A stretch of 64,000 nucleotides of DNA, taken from positions 9,393,186-9,457,185 of the forward strand of contig MU054323.1 of NCBI GenBank assembly GCA_013239625.1, given 5' to 3'. Of the stretch, positions 51,430 to 64,000 are shown piece after piece (within the stretch, counting starts at the first letter, position 1; every line of letters begins with the position of its first letter). The notes beneath the pieces are model-generated. The model was not told where the DNA came from. It saw only the letters and a list, made by a program, of their open reading frames with translations, and made no database searches. Position numbers and translations under genes: made by a program. This stretch comes from Lama guanicoe (lineage: Eukaryota).

Positions 51430-52150
51430 CTTTATTCATTCACCTTTAATACCACATATATTTATTGAGTGTCTCTGATGAACTTGGCCTTATTCTTATT
51501 GCTGGTGTTACAGCAGTGAACAGAACAGACAAAGATCCCCGTTTTGGGGGAGTTTGCATTCTAGTGATGGGTGATGCGAGAGACAATAAACAAGTGCAGT
51601 ATGTAGGTGGTTTTACGGAGATAAATGTCATAAAAAGTCAAACAAAGAATAGGGAGGTACTGGAAAGGAGGGTGGGTTATTTTAAATAGGTTGTGGAGGA
51701 AGCCTTACTGAGAACGTGATCTTTGAGTAAAACTAGAAGCAGGTGAGAAAGCAAGGCCTGCAGGTGGCTGGGAAGAGAGTTGCAGGCAGAGGCAACAGCA
51801 GAAGAACTGAGCCAGTGCCCTGAGGTGGAGCGGCCCCGGCTTATCCACGGAGGCAAGAATCCGGACGAGAAGTTATGCCAGATTGGCCTGGTCTAGGGAA
51901 CCAACAGGTTGGAGCTGCCTTGGGCTGAAAAAGGATGAGAGCAGGAGCAGTAGGTTTTGCAGGCAGAGTTTGCTTGTGAGCAGGTTAACTTTGAGGTAAA
52001 CTTTAGACATCCACGTGGAGGCGTTGAGTAGGCAGTTGGTTATATGAGTCCTGAGTTCAGGAAAGGTCTGAGCTAGAGGATAAATTTGGAAGTTGTTGAT
52101 GTAGAAGAGATATGTTAAGCAGTAAAACTGGCTGAGATTCAGTCTCGGAC
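51430..52150 (-). mobile_element. LINE-2 (L2a-like) 3' portion
   Basis: catatatttattgagtgtc...acagcagtgaacagaacagacaaagatccc...agacatccacgtggaggcgttgagtaggcagttggttatatgagtc. Confidence 0.85.
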
Positions 52151-52764
52151 TCCACACTTCTCCTTCTCTCCAGGACATCTCTCACTCTGTGACTAAACAG
52201 AACTTTTTTAACCTCAAGTTTTCTTTCCTGCCCGGGTCCCCATTGGCATGCATCAGGATGGACCATCATATCTTCTTATTCCCTCTGCAGGCACATGCCC
52301 TTTTATCATTGATGTCCTGGGCAGCCTCAAGTAGGAAATAGGTTTTTCTCACTGGGGCAAAAAGCTGCTCATTGTGGCCCAGGACCCATGCCCTGCTGTC
52401 CACAGAGTTCCCGGCCTTTGATCCTGTGCCTTGCCGTGTTGCGTGGTATCTGTCTTCCTTCGTTCCAGCCCCACTCTTGATGGGATGACTCCTTTGCCTT
52501 GCCTTCTGGTTACCTGTATGCCGCTGTACTTCATTTTGCCCACAGACACCCTTCGCAGTAATCTTTTTCCTAGTTGTTTCCATAAATGTCTTATCTCCCC
52601 TACTAGGCCTTGAGCTTCTTAAGAGCATATCTATGTTTTCTTCATCTTCCATGTTGTCCACGGTGCCTCTCAAATAGTCAGTGACCTAATGCCTTGTGGA
52701 AGCGAGACAAATTTGGTTTTACCACACGCCTCCCCATTCCCAGTCCCTGCTGTATGTCCTCAGG

Positions 52765-52838
52765 GTGAGGTACAGGGTGTACAGAGTACAGGTGTACAGG
52801 TGTACAGGGTGGAGCGAGGTGCAAGGTGAGGTACAGAG
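52765..52838. repeat. Degenerate (GTACAGG)n tandem repeat
   Basis: ggtacagggtgtacagagtacaggtgtacaggtgtacagg...ggtacagag. Confidence 0.8.
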
Positions 52839-52859
52839 TCGGGTGTGAGGCTCACCTGC

Positions 52860-52985
52860 ACCTGCAATCCCTGGGGGACAGGGTCCCACCTCAGACCTGC
52901 TGAACCTAATAGATCAGCTTCTGTGGGGAAGGGCCTGGGTGTCTGAGTTTTTAAAAGGCTCCCTAGATTACTCTTATGCAATCAT
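52860..52985. mobile_element. MER5A-like hAT fragment
   Basis: gggtcccacctcagacctgctgaa...gggcctgggtgtctgagtttttaaaaggctccctagattactcttatgca. Confidence 0.65.
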
Positions 52986-53019
52986 GAAAACAGCACAAAG
53001 GAAAGATTCCAATCCCACT

Positions 53020-53195
53020 TATACGGGGATAAGTTTAAGTTGCCAGCCTTAAACCTTGGACAAGTCATCCCTCTCAAGCCTGGATCTCTACAGTGGGAAT
53101 ATTAACACTTGTTACCTACTTTCTAAGGATGTTGTGAAAAAAAAAAAAACAAATGAGGAGCACTTTGGAAACAAATTGTAAAGTGCTAAGTACCA
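53020..53195 (+). mobile_element. MIR fragment
   Basis: accttggacaagtca...ctaaggatgttgtga...tgtaaagtgct. Confidence 0.55.
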
Positions 53196-53540
53196 GCAGC
53201 CTGGTCAGTCTCATCTTCTGGAATTTTTAGTTTGTTTGTGTGTGCGTGTGTGCACGTGTACGCATTCACAAGCCAAGCTCCAGCTACCTACAAATTAGTT
53301 CTTTGAGCACAGAGATCAGTGATGTGTGCATGAAGTTGCCTTCTACTGTTTATGTGCCTGAGCCTTTAGTAAATACCAGTAAACAGGAAACAGGTGGATA
53401 TACTTCTCTACCTTGGTCAGGGAGAGGGATTTTTTTCTCTGCATCTTCTTTTGACCATCATTAAAACCTGTGTGCAGTGAGAAAGAGGGAGCTATATAAA
53501 TGCTTGTGGATTGAGTCTAGGATAACTATTGTATGCACTG

Positions 53541-53630
53541 ATTTTTTCCCCAACTTTATTGAAGTGTAATTGACAAAAGTGTAAGCTGTTTAAAGTGTAC
53601 AATGTAATGATGTGATATATGCATATATTG
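53541..53630 (-). mobile_element. Very short L1MA/MB-type 3' terminus
   Basis: caactttattgaagtgtaattgacaaaa...tttaaagtgtacaatgtaatgatgtgatatatg. Confidence 0.75.
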
Positions 53631-54499
53631 ATTTTTTTTTTAGTAAATATATTTCAAAAGTAGCTCATGGGAAAAGTTATCTCCTGCTTTGTAATAGCAG
53701 AGTAGTAAAGCCATTCATTGGAGCTTCAGGGTTGTAAATTTATAACAAATTCACAAATTCACTCATTCCTGATGACTGGAATTTGTAAGTAGATCCTCTT
53801 CTTAAAGAAGTGGAGATGGAGTCAACTCAGGTAACAGGCCCAGAATCAAGATGAAACAGGAGGGAAAAAGCTTTTCCTTCCCTTAGTCTGTCCATGTCTT
53901 GCGTGGCCGGGCATCATTATAAGTAGTTCATACCAAATCTTAATAGAACATCTGCTAAGTTCATTGTTGTTTTTTGGGGCTTACTTTAAATGCTTTTCCA
54001 CATGCTAACAAAATCCTGATGGTGGACATCTGTTAAGATTGTCCCTTAAAGGCTTTTTTGAGATTTTAACAAACTTAAACACGTTTCTGAACAAAAGCTT
54101 AGTTAGTGTTCATGTCATTAGACAGACTCTGTTTGAAATTACAATATTTTCCAAAAAAAAAAAAAGAAATTACAATATTGTCTTTTTTTTTTTTTTTGTA
54201 TTTAAGTTTAAAGTTTCTTTGCTTCCATTTCATCTTCTCTCACCTGGAAAGTGTCCATCAAGTCCTCTGGCCCTCAGAGTTTCCAGGGGTTCAATGACCT
54301 ATAATGAAAAAGGCCCTAATCACTTCAGTTCAGGCACCCAAATAAGCTTAATAAATGTTCCTGGAAAGGGCCTCAGGGGTTCCGTCAGCCCTGGCGTCTG
54401 CCTGAACACCCAAGCCAGAAGGAGCCTGATGGATCTGACACACCTGGAACCAGATGTCAGTCTGCAGATAAGGATGCAGAAGTCACAAAAGTGATCATT

Positions 54500-54745
54500 G
54501 AAGACCTGAGAGTAGGGTAGATTTAGGTCAGAGAGACCAGGATTTAGATGCCTCTCTGCCATTTTACTGCCTACGTGACTTCAGAGAGGGTTATGTAGCT
54601 TCTCTAAGCTCCAGCCTTCTCATCTGTAAAATGAGATAACACCTCTCTCATAGACTGATGTAAAGAAGAGATGGTATCGTGTAGGAGAAGCACTCAGTAC
54701 AGTGCCTAGTACATAGTACTTCATAAATGGTACTGTAGTTCACTA
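54500..54745 (+). mobile_element. MIR SINE
   Basis: ctctgccattttactgcctacgtgact...ctcatctgtaaaatgagataac...agcactcagtacagtgcctagtacatagta. Confidence 0.85.
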
Positions 54746-55659
54746 CTCCATTCTGGGGAGAATACATTTTACCACCTAAATCTCTCATGTTGCCTTTTAA
54801 ACTTTCTTCATTTATACCATGACTAAGCAAAGAATAACTGATTCAGATTGTCTATATGATCTGCCTTCACATTTCTAAATTACTCTATTTAATAATTCCA
54901 TAACCTTCTAAGTAATTTAACTTAGCAGTTTCAGCTTCCTTAGACTTTGCTCCAAAGAGGAACATTTTCTGAGTGTTTAATCGTATTTATCATTGTCTCT
55001 GAACACTTCCATTTTTATATGTCCATCTAAAAATGGGAAGCAAGAAATGGAATACAGCACTCTAGTAAGACCCGATTATATTTGTAAAGAATGTTTAGTG
55101 GAAATATTAGGTCAGCCACAAATGTCATACAGCCAGGCCCACTTTGATGCTTCAATGAACCCCTCGTCCCAGTGTGACTCCCCGAATTTTCTCCTACATG
55201 TAAACTTGTCATTCTGAGCTTTTATTTTCTTCTCCTCTTATGCGCATTGAGATTTTCCCATTTTGAATTACACCCTGGTTTTGTTTAACTGAGGGGTGGA
55301 GAGACTCTTGAGACAGCTCAAAGTTGAATCTATAAATGAGACAAAGGCTAACAGCAGCTCTAGAAAATGCTTTAATCGGAAAGAGAAAATCCAGTTAGGA
55401 AAAAACAAAAGCAGAAAAACAGAGCCTCTTCTTAGTGTAGTATTTATGTACTTCTGGGTTTTCAGAACCTATATATGATTTTTTGTTTTATCCTACCAAG
55501 TTAGCTTGTTGTGACATACGATATCTTAAGAAAAACTGAGATGACGAGGTGGAGGAAGCTTTTTGAGAATAACTTTAGCCACTTATACTACTGTTTCAGT
55601 ATATAGGTAGGGATTAGAGTTCTAGAAATCCCATACCATCTTTCTATGAAAGAATTTCT

Positions 55660-55890
55660 AAAGAAGAATGACGCTGGCTTTGGAACCAGAAAGACTGGGA
55701 TTCAAGCCCATCTCTGCAGCATACTTGCTGGCTAACCTTGGACAAGATACTTAGACTCTTAGAACCTCAGTTTCCTCATCTGGAAGTTGAGCTAATTAGG
55801 TCTACTTGGCAGGGTTGTTGAGAGGTTTAAAGATAATGAAATGCCTAGTAGAGTGCCTGGCAAAGGTGGATACTCAATAAATAACAATGA
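55660..55890 (+). mobile_element. MIR SINE
   Basis: ggctttggaaccagaaagactgggattcaagccc...accttggacaag...cctcagtttcctcatctggaa...gtgcctggca. Confidence 0.85.
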
Positions 55891-58064
55891 CTTTTGTTTG
55901 ATTGTAATGGTTTTCCTGGCAGGCCACCAGGAAACGTACTCTGTCATTATAGCGTGCCCTAAATTCTTGAGGTCACTGGCGTTTCTCTACCTTGAAAGGA
56001 ATTAACAGCAGTGCCCTCATCACGTATTCAGAATGGAAAGCTCAAATCCTTAAACGGATTTAGGCATACAGTTCATGTTTGTTGGATTGAATTGGAGACT
56101 CACCTTTCCTTTGGATTTTTCTTAGCTTGGGAACTTGGGGCAGCTGGTGTCCACCTGTCATCCTTGAAATTCCCCATTTCCATGCTTTACCGTCCAGCAC
56201 TCCCCTAAATCCTACTGTAGGGGAGGCAACCATGTCAACTTCCTCTCCCTTAAAACCCGATTCAAAGGCAAAACAGGACACTAAGGCTGATCCAAGCATC
56301 TCTGGCAGCACCTGGACATAACCCTGGATGTAGAACATTCACACAAGATGGATTCTAGAATAACGTCTCTCTTGGAGTGCTTGGTGCTATTTTAAAATTA
56401 GTGTAACTCTAATTGTTATTTAACCCTTTAACCCTTGAGAGAGATGGGTCTTTTTAAAAGTAGTGTTGTCTCTACTGTACTGATGGGAAGGTTGAGTAGG
56501 GCCAGAGAGAGCAAACTTGGCAGAAGCAAGGACTACAGTTGTAAATCATCGACCCTTCTGGTTTTCTCCAGTGCCGAATCATGTTCTCCTCATTTTATTT
56601 GGCCAGTAAGGTAAAATCCCACATGGGGAGGAGGGATTGCTGCTCCATAAAGGGTTAAAACCTCATTGTCTCAAGTCAAGCTTGCAGACAGGCTGACTCC
56701 CTGCATTTTTCCATGTCAGAATGCTCAGAAATATTTCCTTTATGCTGATGAACTGTGGCCAAGTCAGATCTTCAGTACCAGAAATGTGCTGAATATTTGC
56801 AGATAGAGCAAGGTCCACAAAGGCTCAGTTAGCTGTATTCGCATGGAAACAGTAGTATTAGTACATAGACAGCTCTTACATTTGACTGTTAGAGCCAGTG
56901 AGGCAGACCTGGAAATGCTTGTTTCTGGCTACCTTTCGGTCTCTTCAGCTTCACTATTGGAAGGTTTTCTCAAACTCTGGCCTTGTCCTTCTAGTTTATA
57001 TATAAAGATTCAGTTTCAGTTCTTAGAATTATCAGGTAATTTCATGTTTCACTACAGTCCATAAAGAGATAGAAGCTACTTTCTCATCAAAGCAGCCCTT
57101 TTCACCCTTTTCTTCTCCCAAGTTCAGCCCAAGACCCTGCTGCACCAATTTAGTTCCCCCACCTTCTAGCCCTGCTTTCTCCCGGCATCGCTCTAGAGAT
57201 CAGAGGAGTCAAGAGCAAGTGGTCCCTTTCATCTACTCCTCAGCCCTTCCCCAGCCCCAACTCAGCCACTTTGTGGGTTAGTGAGGCCCTGCCTTCTCGC
57301 CAGCCAGCCCTGCATTCCTGGGAATAGTTGAGTGAGGCCTGGAATCTCTGTTGTACATGCTCAGCCTCGTGTTTTTTGATTCATGAATATTAAAGAATGA
57401 GAGATCACAAGGCCATACCTCCTCCATCTTGCACCCTTTGAAAACATAATAGCTCTTTTATTTCATGGCACTTGACTCTGTTTATCTAGCATGATCAGGG
57501 CAGCATTCAGGCTATAGCAAGCCTGTTAAATATTTACCCAGGGGGCGGATATTTATACATGAATCAGCAGCACTTATCAGTGTGTGACGCTGGAAGTCAG
57601 GTTCAGTCCCCTCGCCAGCAAAGAAAGTACCGAGTTAAATAAAGGGTGCAGTAGGTGTCCTTTTAAAAAAAAAAACTCTCAGGTAAAACTACCCTTCAGA
57701 GTATCTGAAGTGCTTCACACATTGAGGCTTACCCTGCACGACTAAGTCATTCACAGTCAGACATGACAGAGTGATTGGTCCCTCATAACCAAGAGCCAGT
57801 GAGTCCGGTTGTTTGATGGCTGAGGTGGGAGAGTCCTGAGGTGTGGACAAAATTGAGAGGAATGCTTGCCTGGCTGCTGCATGGAAAGTCACAGGGGAGA
57901 TGAGCTGTCCATCAGGGTGCCTGCTGCTGTGGTCATCTGAGAGCTTCTAGAAGCCTTTCAGCCTCCTTGGATCCTGACCCTGCTCACTGGTAGCCAGACC
58001 TGCTGTTTGTTTCCATCCCTGTAGCTTTTTCAGGATGAGAATCCCCCTGCTCTCAGGCAGGCAT

Positions 58065-58295
58065 GCAACTTAGCAGTAACAAAAGCGTGGACTCTGGCGA
58101 CAGGCTTACTACCCGAGTTTGGATCTGGCTTTACCATTTCCCAGTTGTGTGAACCCAAGGAAAGTTTTTCTGCTCTCTGAGCCTCGATTTCTTCACTTGT
58201 AAATTATAGTGGTAATTCCCAGCTCATTGAATTGTGGAGAGGATTAGATTAGATACTGAGAAAGCACCTAGCAACTAGTGTTAGTCCTCAATAAT
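58065..58295 (+). mobile_element. MIR SINE
   Basis: agcgtggactctgg...ctctctgagcctcgatttcttcacttgtaaa...gaggattagattagat...aaagcacctagca. Confidence 0.8.
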
Positions 58296-59744
58296 CATGG
58301 AAGCTGAGAGCAGGGAGGTGGGCCTGGCACAAAGCAGCTGGTCTCTGGATTTCTCCATCCCTCTGCTTCTTCCCGTTATTATAGGTAGTTTTTGTTTAGT
58401 GGCTATATTTCAGAAGCAGAGAGAGAGTTTCAAGTTTAGAGGATTACCCACACACTATTTTCACTCCTTGTATTCAATTTAGTGAATGATTAAGAACTAA
58501 CCTGGTAATATTATATACAAAGCCCATTACTATCAGTAAAACTGTCCAAATTATTTTTTTTTAGAGTTTTATTATTCCAAGGATTGCTCCTCTAGGTAAC
58601 CTATGGGAAGCCTGGATCTTGTATTCTCTCTTATACAGACATTTCACCAATAACCACAGGCTATAAACACTGGATTTATTTTTCTTGTACTATAGAATTT
58701 TCTTCTTTTATCAGTTTTGCATCCTAATGGAACCATTAGAACCTTCCAGTGAGAGGTGTGCCCTTTGTGTACTTTTGCATACAGACGAGGGGACAGAAAG
58801 CCTTCCCCTAGTTCACAGAAAGTCACAGGAATTTTCCTAGTCGTCTTCAGAGTCGAGGCTACATCTAATCCAGTGTCTGCTCTGAGAGCAGCAAATGGAA
58901 GTGGCTGGTGTTCATGCTGAGTCTGTGAGGTTGCAGGGTGCACATGATTCATTAATGTCATACTTAGTCAAACGCTGTCTCCAAATTTTCTCAGTTGTCA
59001 GATTTGTTGTGCTTTTAACTTATCACCTGAGCAGAGTAAGTCAATGGTGAATATTTCCACTCCATACTGAGTTCTTCACATCACCTGGAATTTTGTTTCT
59101 TGGGATTTTTCATTCCCATAAATGAGTAAACATAATATTCATCTTTACCCTGAAAAATTAGTTTCATAAATCTATAATCAATAGGGAGATGGGCTGGGTC
59201 TGAAGTCCTTTCAGTAGTCACATATATTGTTCTTTGTATAACAAAATCTAGACTGAATCTATCTGCGTGGAACTATGTAAGAATGATTTTCTAGACTGTT
59301 ATTATGAAACATTTTGCTACCATTAACAACCTTATAACTACAGGGACTTGGATAATGAATAATTACAGCATTAAGGGATTTCAGGGGTCTTTGTATATTC
59401 CATCGTATTACAGAGGGTTTAAGGGGCTTACAGAAATATATACATTAAAATAAAATTCAAATAAGAAAAGTTAGGACCAAAGGGAAGTGAGAGTAGGAAA
59501 AAAGATGATATCAAGATTAAGGATGATACATAAAATGCATGCTGTAAGGTTCTGAACAATTTCTTTTAATAATCATAGGCTGGTTAATTTAAATCAGCAG
59601 GAAATTTCTGGTAACTAATTCTGGATCAACATTATGCCTTCATGCTTGGGTTGATGATTTTTGACCGCACCTTCTTGTTTAGATGAACTGATTATCCGTG
59701 TTTACTGGTACTAGTTGCACACTTCCTGCCCATATTGGGCCACA

Positions 59745-60030
59745 GACACAAGACCAGGTAGCATCATATTTCAGAAAATATTGAATTAGTTGCCACCATT
59801 TTAAAATTGAGAGAGTAAATCATCTGGATTTCTGGCTTCACTTGAAAAATAAGGATCCGGTTAAGACCAGGCTTGTGTTCCTATATGTCAGAGCTCAACT
59901 GGGGCTGAGCAGTGAGAGTCCTTCCCACTGTGTGCAAATCTCCAGTTGCTTTGAGTCCCTACCCTGTTCTCTCCACTCATTTACAAAATCTGCCTGGACT
60001 GGGCAGACCCCAGAGTTTGCAACCCCTGCC
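59745..60030. mobile_element. MER103C-like hAT-Charlie fragment
   Basis: aattagttgccaccattttaaaattgagaga...atctggatttctggcttcacttgaaaaat. Confidence 0.6.
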
Positions 60031-63000
60031 CTCGACCACCTGTGTCACATTAAGAATGAAGAAACTAAAGCCCATGGAGGCTGCCCAAGGCAGCAAAGCT
60101 GGGGCACTGCAGAACAAGTCCCTTTGGTACCCCATTGCACTGTGGCATCAGTTCAGTTGTGCTCATTTAAGGTGTTTACTGAAGGACTTTACCCAGAGCT
60201 AAATTGGGCATAATCAAGAGAATAAAAGTCTGTGTTTCAGTAACAGGCACAACCCATGAATGCTGATAAAACATTTACCCATGCCAGTCAGAATTTGCTG
60301 TGTGTGATAGGATCATGAGTCGTCATCAGTCATCAGTCGTGTGTACCATGAAATGGATTAAAATATAGAAACGTGATCATAAAGTGAAGCCCCTGTTCCC
60401 ACCCATCATCCTTAATTCAGGCAGTTGATGGGCAGTTTCCTCTGATAAGAGAAGCCAGGTCTGTTTGGGGGGGTGTCACTTCTTAAATTGTTTGAGCCTT
60501 AAGAGAAGTGTCCATTGTACTCTTGTCCTTTCAGTGCACTTGGAGGTTCCTCAGCTCTTCATATCCCAGCTTTTCCAGGAGGAGGATGTCTCATTGATTA
60601 TGTTCCTCAAGTGTGCCACCTACTCACCAACAAGGTAAAAGCAAGTCCCCTAACTCTCCCACCTTGTGAGGCTCCTTCCGTCAGTGCAGCACCTACCCCG
60701 CCTCATGGAGCAGGCACCATCCTCTCCACCCCATCTCTCATTTGCATCCTCCATCTGACATCTGCCTTTCCCACTTCGAATTACATTTCATCGGGTTCTC
60801 TCCCTATTTCTTTGCCTCCCTTCCTTTTCTGAGGATTCTGACCTCCTCTTCCAGTCTTAGCTTTATCTTTTAAATTTATATCTCCTCTCTCTTGAATGTC
60901 CTTTATGCCCTAAGTTTTTGCTGGCCCTTACACCTTCTTGTGGTTGAAAAATTTTGAACTCTCATTTCCCAGTTATCTGCTGCATGCCTCTGGGTGTGTG
61001 TGTGTGTGTACACTCACACACATGCGTGCACACCACTGGTTAATATCAGGGTAATTTTGTGGAGCTGCCCTCATCTCTTTCCTCTTTTCTGTGCTGTGCT
61101 TTTTAATAGTTGGTTCTTGATTCCCCTGTCATTGCTAGGAGCAGTTTACCAGAGTCCTGCTTCTAGGGGCAGGATTTCCAGGCCAGCTGGTCTTGTAGCC
61201 AGGTACATCAGACTATCTAAAGCTTTCTTATAGCTGCGTTAATGAGCCCTTACATTGGCAAGTAGCTGAGTTTGCATTAATAATTATTGCCAGGTATTTC
61301 TAAAAAGTGCAAGAATATACTTGTTAATGTCCAGCCAGTATATTTAGCTGAAAGCTGGAGATATTAATCCACAAGCAACACTGACTTTCTTTCCTCTCCC
61401 ACGTGGACTGATTCAGTTTGCTGAAGTCCCAAAGTGCTGTATTCTTTGCTCCTATTGACTTATTCACATTGGCTTGGAAAATAAATCTTTTGTTTGTCTC
61501 TTTCGTTCAAAAAATAGCTCATCTCTATATAGCAAATATTTTAGAAGTATAATAATATTTCAGAGGCTTCAGTATTATTTTTTAAATGTCAGAGAAACTA
61601 AGATCTGGCAACTATGCAGTCTGTGGTCTTGGCACAGGCTCCCGGGCATTTAACTCTTACGGAATACTGGCTGTTCATTGGGACCAAATTCCCCCAGCCT
61701 CTGCGCTCCTACCAAACTGATCGGAGGACAGAAGTCTTATTTACACTGTGGGACTTTGCACTGCCTTCAAATCTGGGTCCCAGTATGATAGAGAAAAATG
61801 CAAATTTGGTCTTCCAGAACCGAGAAGAAAAGCTTTTATAAAGCTCTCCAATTGAGATTAATTTCTAGTCATACATTTTCCTCAAAAAGATTATAATACT
61901 ATTTTCCCAGAAATACAAGAATCAGTCAGTTTTTCTTATCTGGTTCCCTTTCATTAATTTTACTTGTCTTTTAAAACTGATGTTCTTCTGCTTGCTACAA
62001 ACGAGGACAGTATGGGCTGCTTTTAGAAACAGTCTCTTCAAATGAATTTCCATAATTACGTTGGAATCTATCTTTATAGCCAGTTTTGTTGTGGGTTTCT
62101 GTTAAAATGGTTTTCTGTTTTTAAAATCAAGTATACAGAACTGTTTTCATCCCCTTTTTAAACAAAGCCACTTAAGCAAACTTATCATCTGTTTTTCTTT
62201 TCCCAAAATAACATTTCTGATCCTGCATTAAGCCTGCAAAGCAAGCACTGTTTTTATAAATTGACATAAAACCCCTATTATATAAATAGAATTGTTTTAC
62301 TTTTAAAGGGTACAAAATGGCTATCAGTACCAATTGTGTCAAGGTTATTTCAAGCGCTTTATCTCAAGCTTTTGTTATTCATGGAAACTCAGTGTGGCTA
62401 CAGCCAATATAAACAATTTGGGGGGTCTCTTTCTCCCACTGTTTCAGCCGTTTTGAAGACGTTTTATAAGGAATGTATTTTTGGGTTAGAAGCTGATGTG
62501 TTAGTGACTAACTTTCAGATGCCTAGCTTAATGAGTTCACAGTTTTTTTTGTAGAAACTGTCGTTGATAACAAGGAAATATAGAAAGGCAAAATAAAATA
62601 TCCTGTTGTAACACTCCTTATTCTGAATATTACAAATTCAAAAAGAAAGAATTAAGCATTATCATGCCTTTTCAGTAGGCGATATAGTTCAGAATCACCA
62701 AATAGACCCATTTGATGAGAGAAAGCTCTTCTTTACAGAGAATTGCAGCTGATAAAAAGGGAGACCTTTTTTTAAATGCAGAAAGAATGATAGAGTTTTA
62801 AAAAAATCACCATTTTTCAGGCCCTAATGAAGTCATTCAGACAAGGATCTCACCAGATCCTAAAAGCATTAGGTGACAGGTTGGTGGGAGCTAGATCTTC
62901 ACATGCTTCGAGAGGTACAGCCCTGGATTACTCACTATGGCAAAGGGAAAACAGCCCTTCAAAGTGGAGCAGTATGCCTGTCATCGCTTTAACCGATGAT

Positions 63001-63204
63001 CAAACTCAGTATCACCTATGGAGTTTTCTTGCCCAAAATATTTAACTTGAATCTAATCACATCTTTAGCTCTAATTTCCAATTTATAGGAAATGTGGAAG
63101 GTAGAGGAAAAAGGAAGAAAACAATCAGATCTAGAATGCAGGACATTCTACGATACAACTAGCCCGGTCTCTTCAAACAGTCAGTATCATGTGCACGTGT
63201 GCAG

Positions 63205-63243
63205 GCACACACACAGACACAGACACACACACACACACACACC
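63205..63243. repeat. (CA)n microsatellite (interrupted)
   Basis: cacacacacagacacagacacacacacacacacac. Confidence 0.9.
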
Positions 63244-63274
63244 CCCACCCCCCACAGGAGGCACTGTTATTCTA

Positions 63275-63690
63275 GAGTAAAAGACTTTCTAGATTAAATT
63301 CTAGATTGGCCCTGTTTATACCCTGCTTTTAAAAAAAAATGTTTTGGGGACAATTGGAAAGTTTTGAGAATGGGCAGGATACCAAACGAGTTCAGAGAAT
63401 GATTACTAAGTTTTGTTGAGTATGATAACAGTATTGTGGTTATGTAGGAAAGTGTCTTGTTTTTCGGAGCTGCATGCTGAAGTGTTTAGGGGCAAACTGT
63501 CATGATGTCTCTAATTTCCTTTGAAACGTTTCAGCAAGATTGATTGATAGGTTGATTGGTAGGTAGATGGCTGGATAAAGCAACTTGGTAAAATATTCAG
63601 AGTTGTTGAATATAGGTGTGGGAATATGAGTGTTCCTTTTACTATTCTTTCTACTTCTCTGAATCTTTGCAATTTTACATAATAAAGCAT
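63275..63690 (+). mobile_element. L1MC4/5-like 3' end
   Basis: ttttggggacaattggaaa...tgataacagtattgtggttatgtagga...catgctgaagtgtttagggg...tactattctttctacttctctg...ttttacataataaa. Confidence 0.85.
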
Positions 63691-64000
63691 TTAATAATTT
63701 CCTACTCCACTTCTCAGTTTTGGGGTTCCTATTCCAGGTGCAGTATGTGATTCAAGGATACCACAAAAGAAGAGAGTATATTGCTGCTTTCCTCAGTCAC
63801 TTTGGCACGTAAGTTCTTTGTTGAGGTCGTGTATTGATGCCCTCCCTTGTGGTGACCCTGAGGTAGGGCTTGATTAAGAAAATAGCACTTAGTTCCTCTA
63901 CGTGCTACCTTTCACTGCCCTTTTGTTTCTTTTGGGTATGTTGCTTACACTCAAGCTCCCAGGAAGACTTTTTTTGTTTGTTTGTTTTTAACATTGTTTA

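Noticed and set aside
54039..54494. Longest ORF (151 aa)
   Set aside because: Non-ATG start, runs through A and T homopolymers, no recognisable domain.
1..64000. CRISPR arrays, operons or prokaryotic/viral defence systems
   Set aside because: Eukaryotic repeat-rich non-coding DNA with no repeat-spacer arrays, long ORFs or recognisable viral genes.

Overview
Mammalian non-coding genomic DNA, most likely camelid (alpaca/llama/camel). The species call rests on three copies of a tRNA-Ala-headed SINE resembling the camelid vic-1 family and on young artiodactyl-type L1 3' ends. I found no CpG island, recognisable coding exon or genuine RNA gene, so the window looks like the interior of a large intron or an intergenic region. 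The ORF track is chance ORFs plus decayed L1 ORF2 pieces. Much of the window is eutherian interspersed repeats: MIR, L2, L3/CR1, old L1M, MaLR LTRs (MLT1), and MER2, MER58, MER5 and MER103 DNA transposons. The most unusual structure is a nearly identical ~150-bp polypyrimidine segment present twice, 1.55 kb apart (30045-30191 and 31592-31741). The left copy is bracketed by a 7-bp direct repeat, consistent with a recent DNA-templated insertion or an assembly artefact. I found no evidence of a novel multi-gene system. Repeat families were recognised by eye from remembered consensus sequences, and boundaries of old repeats are approximate.
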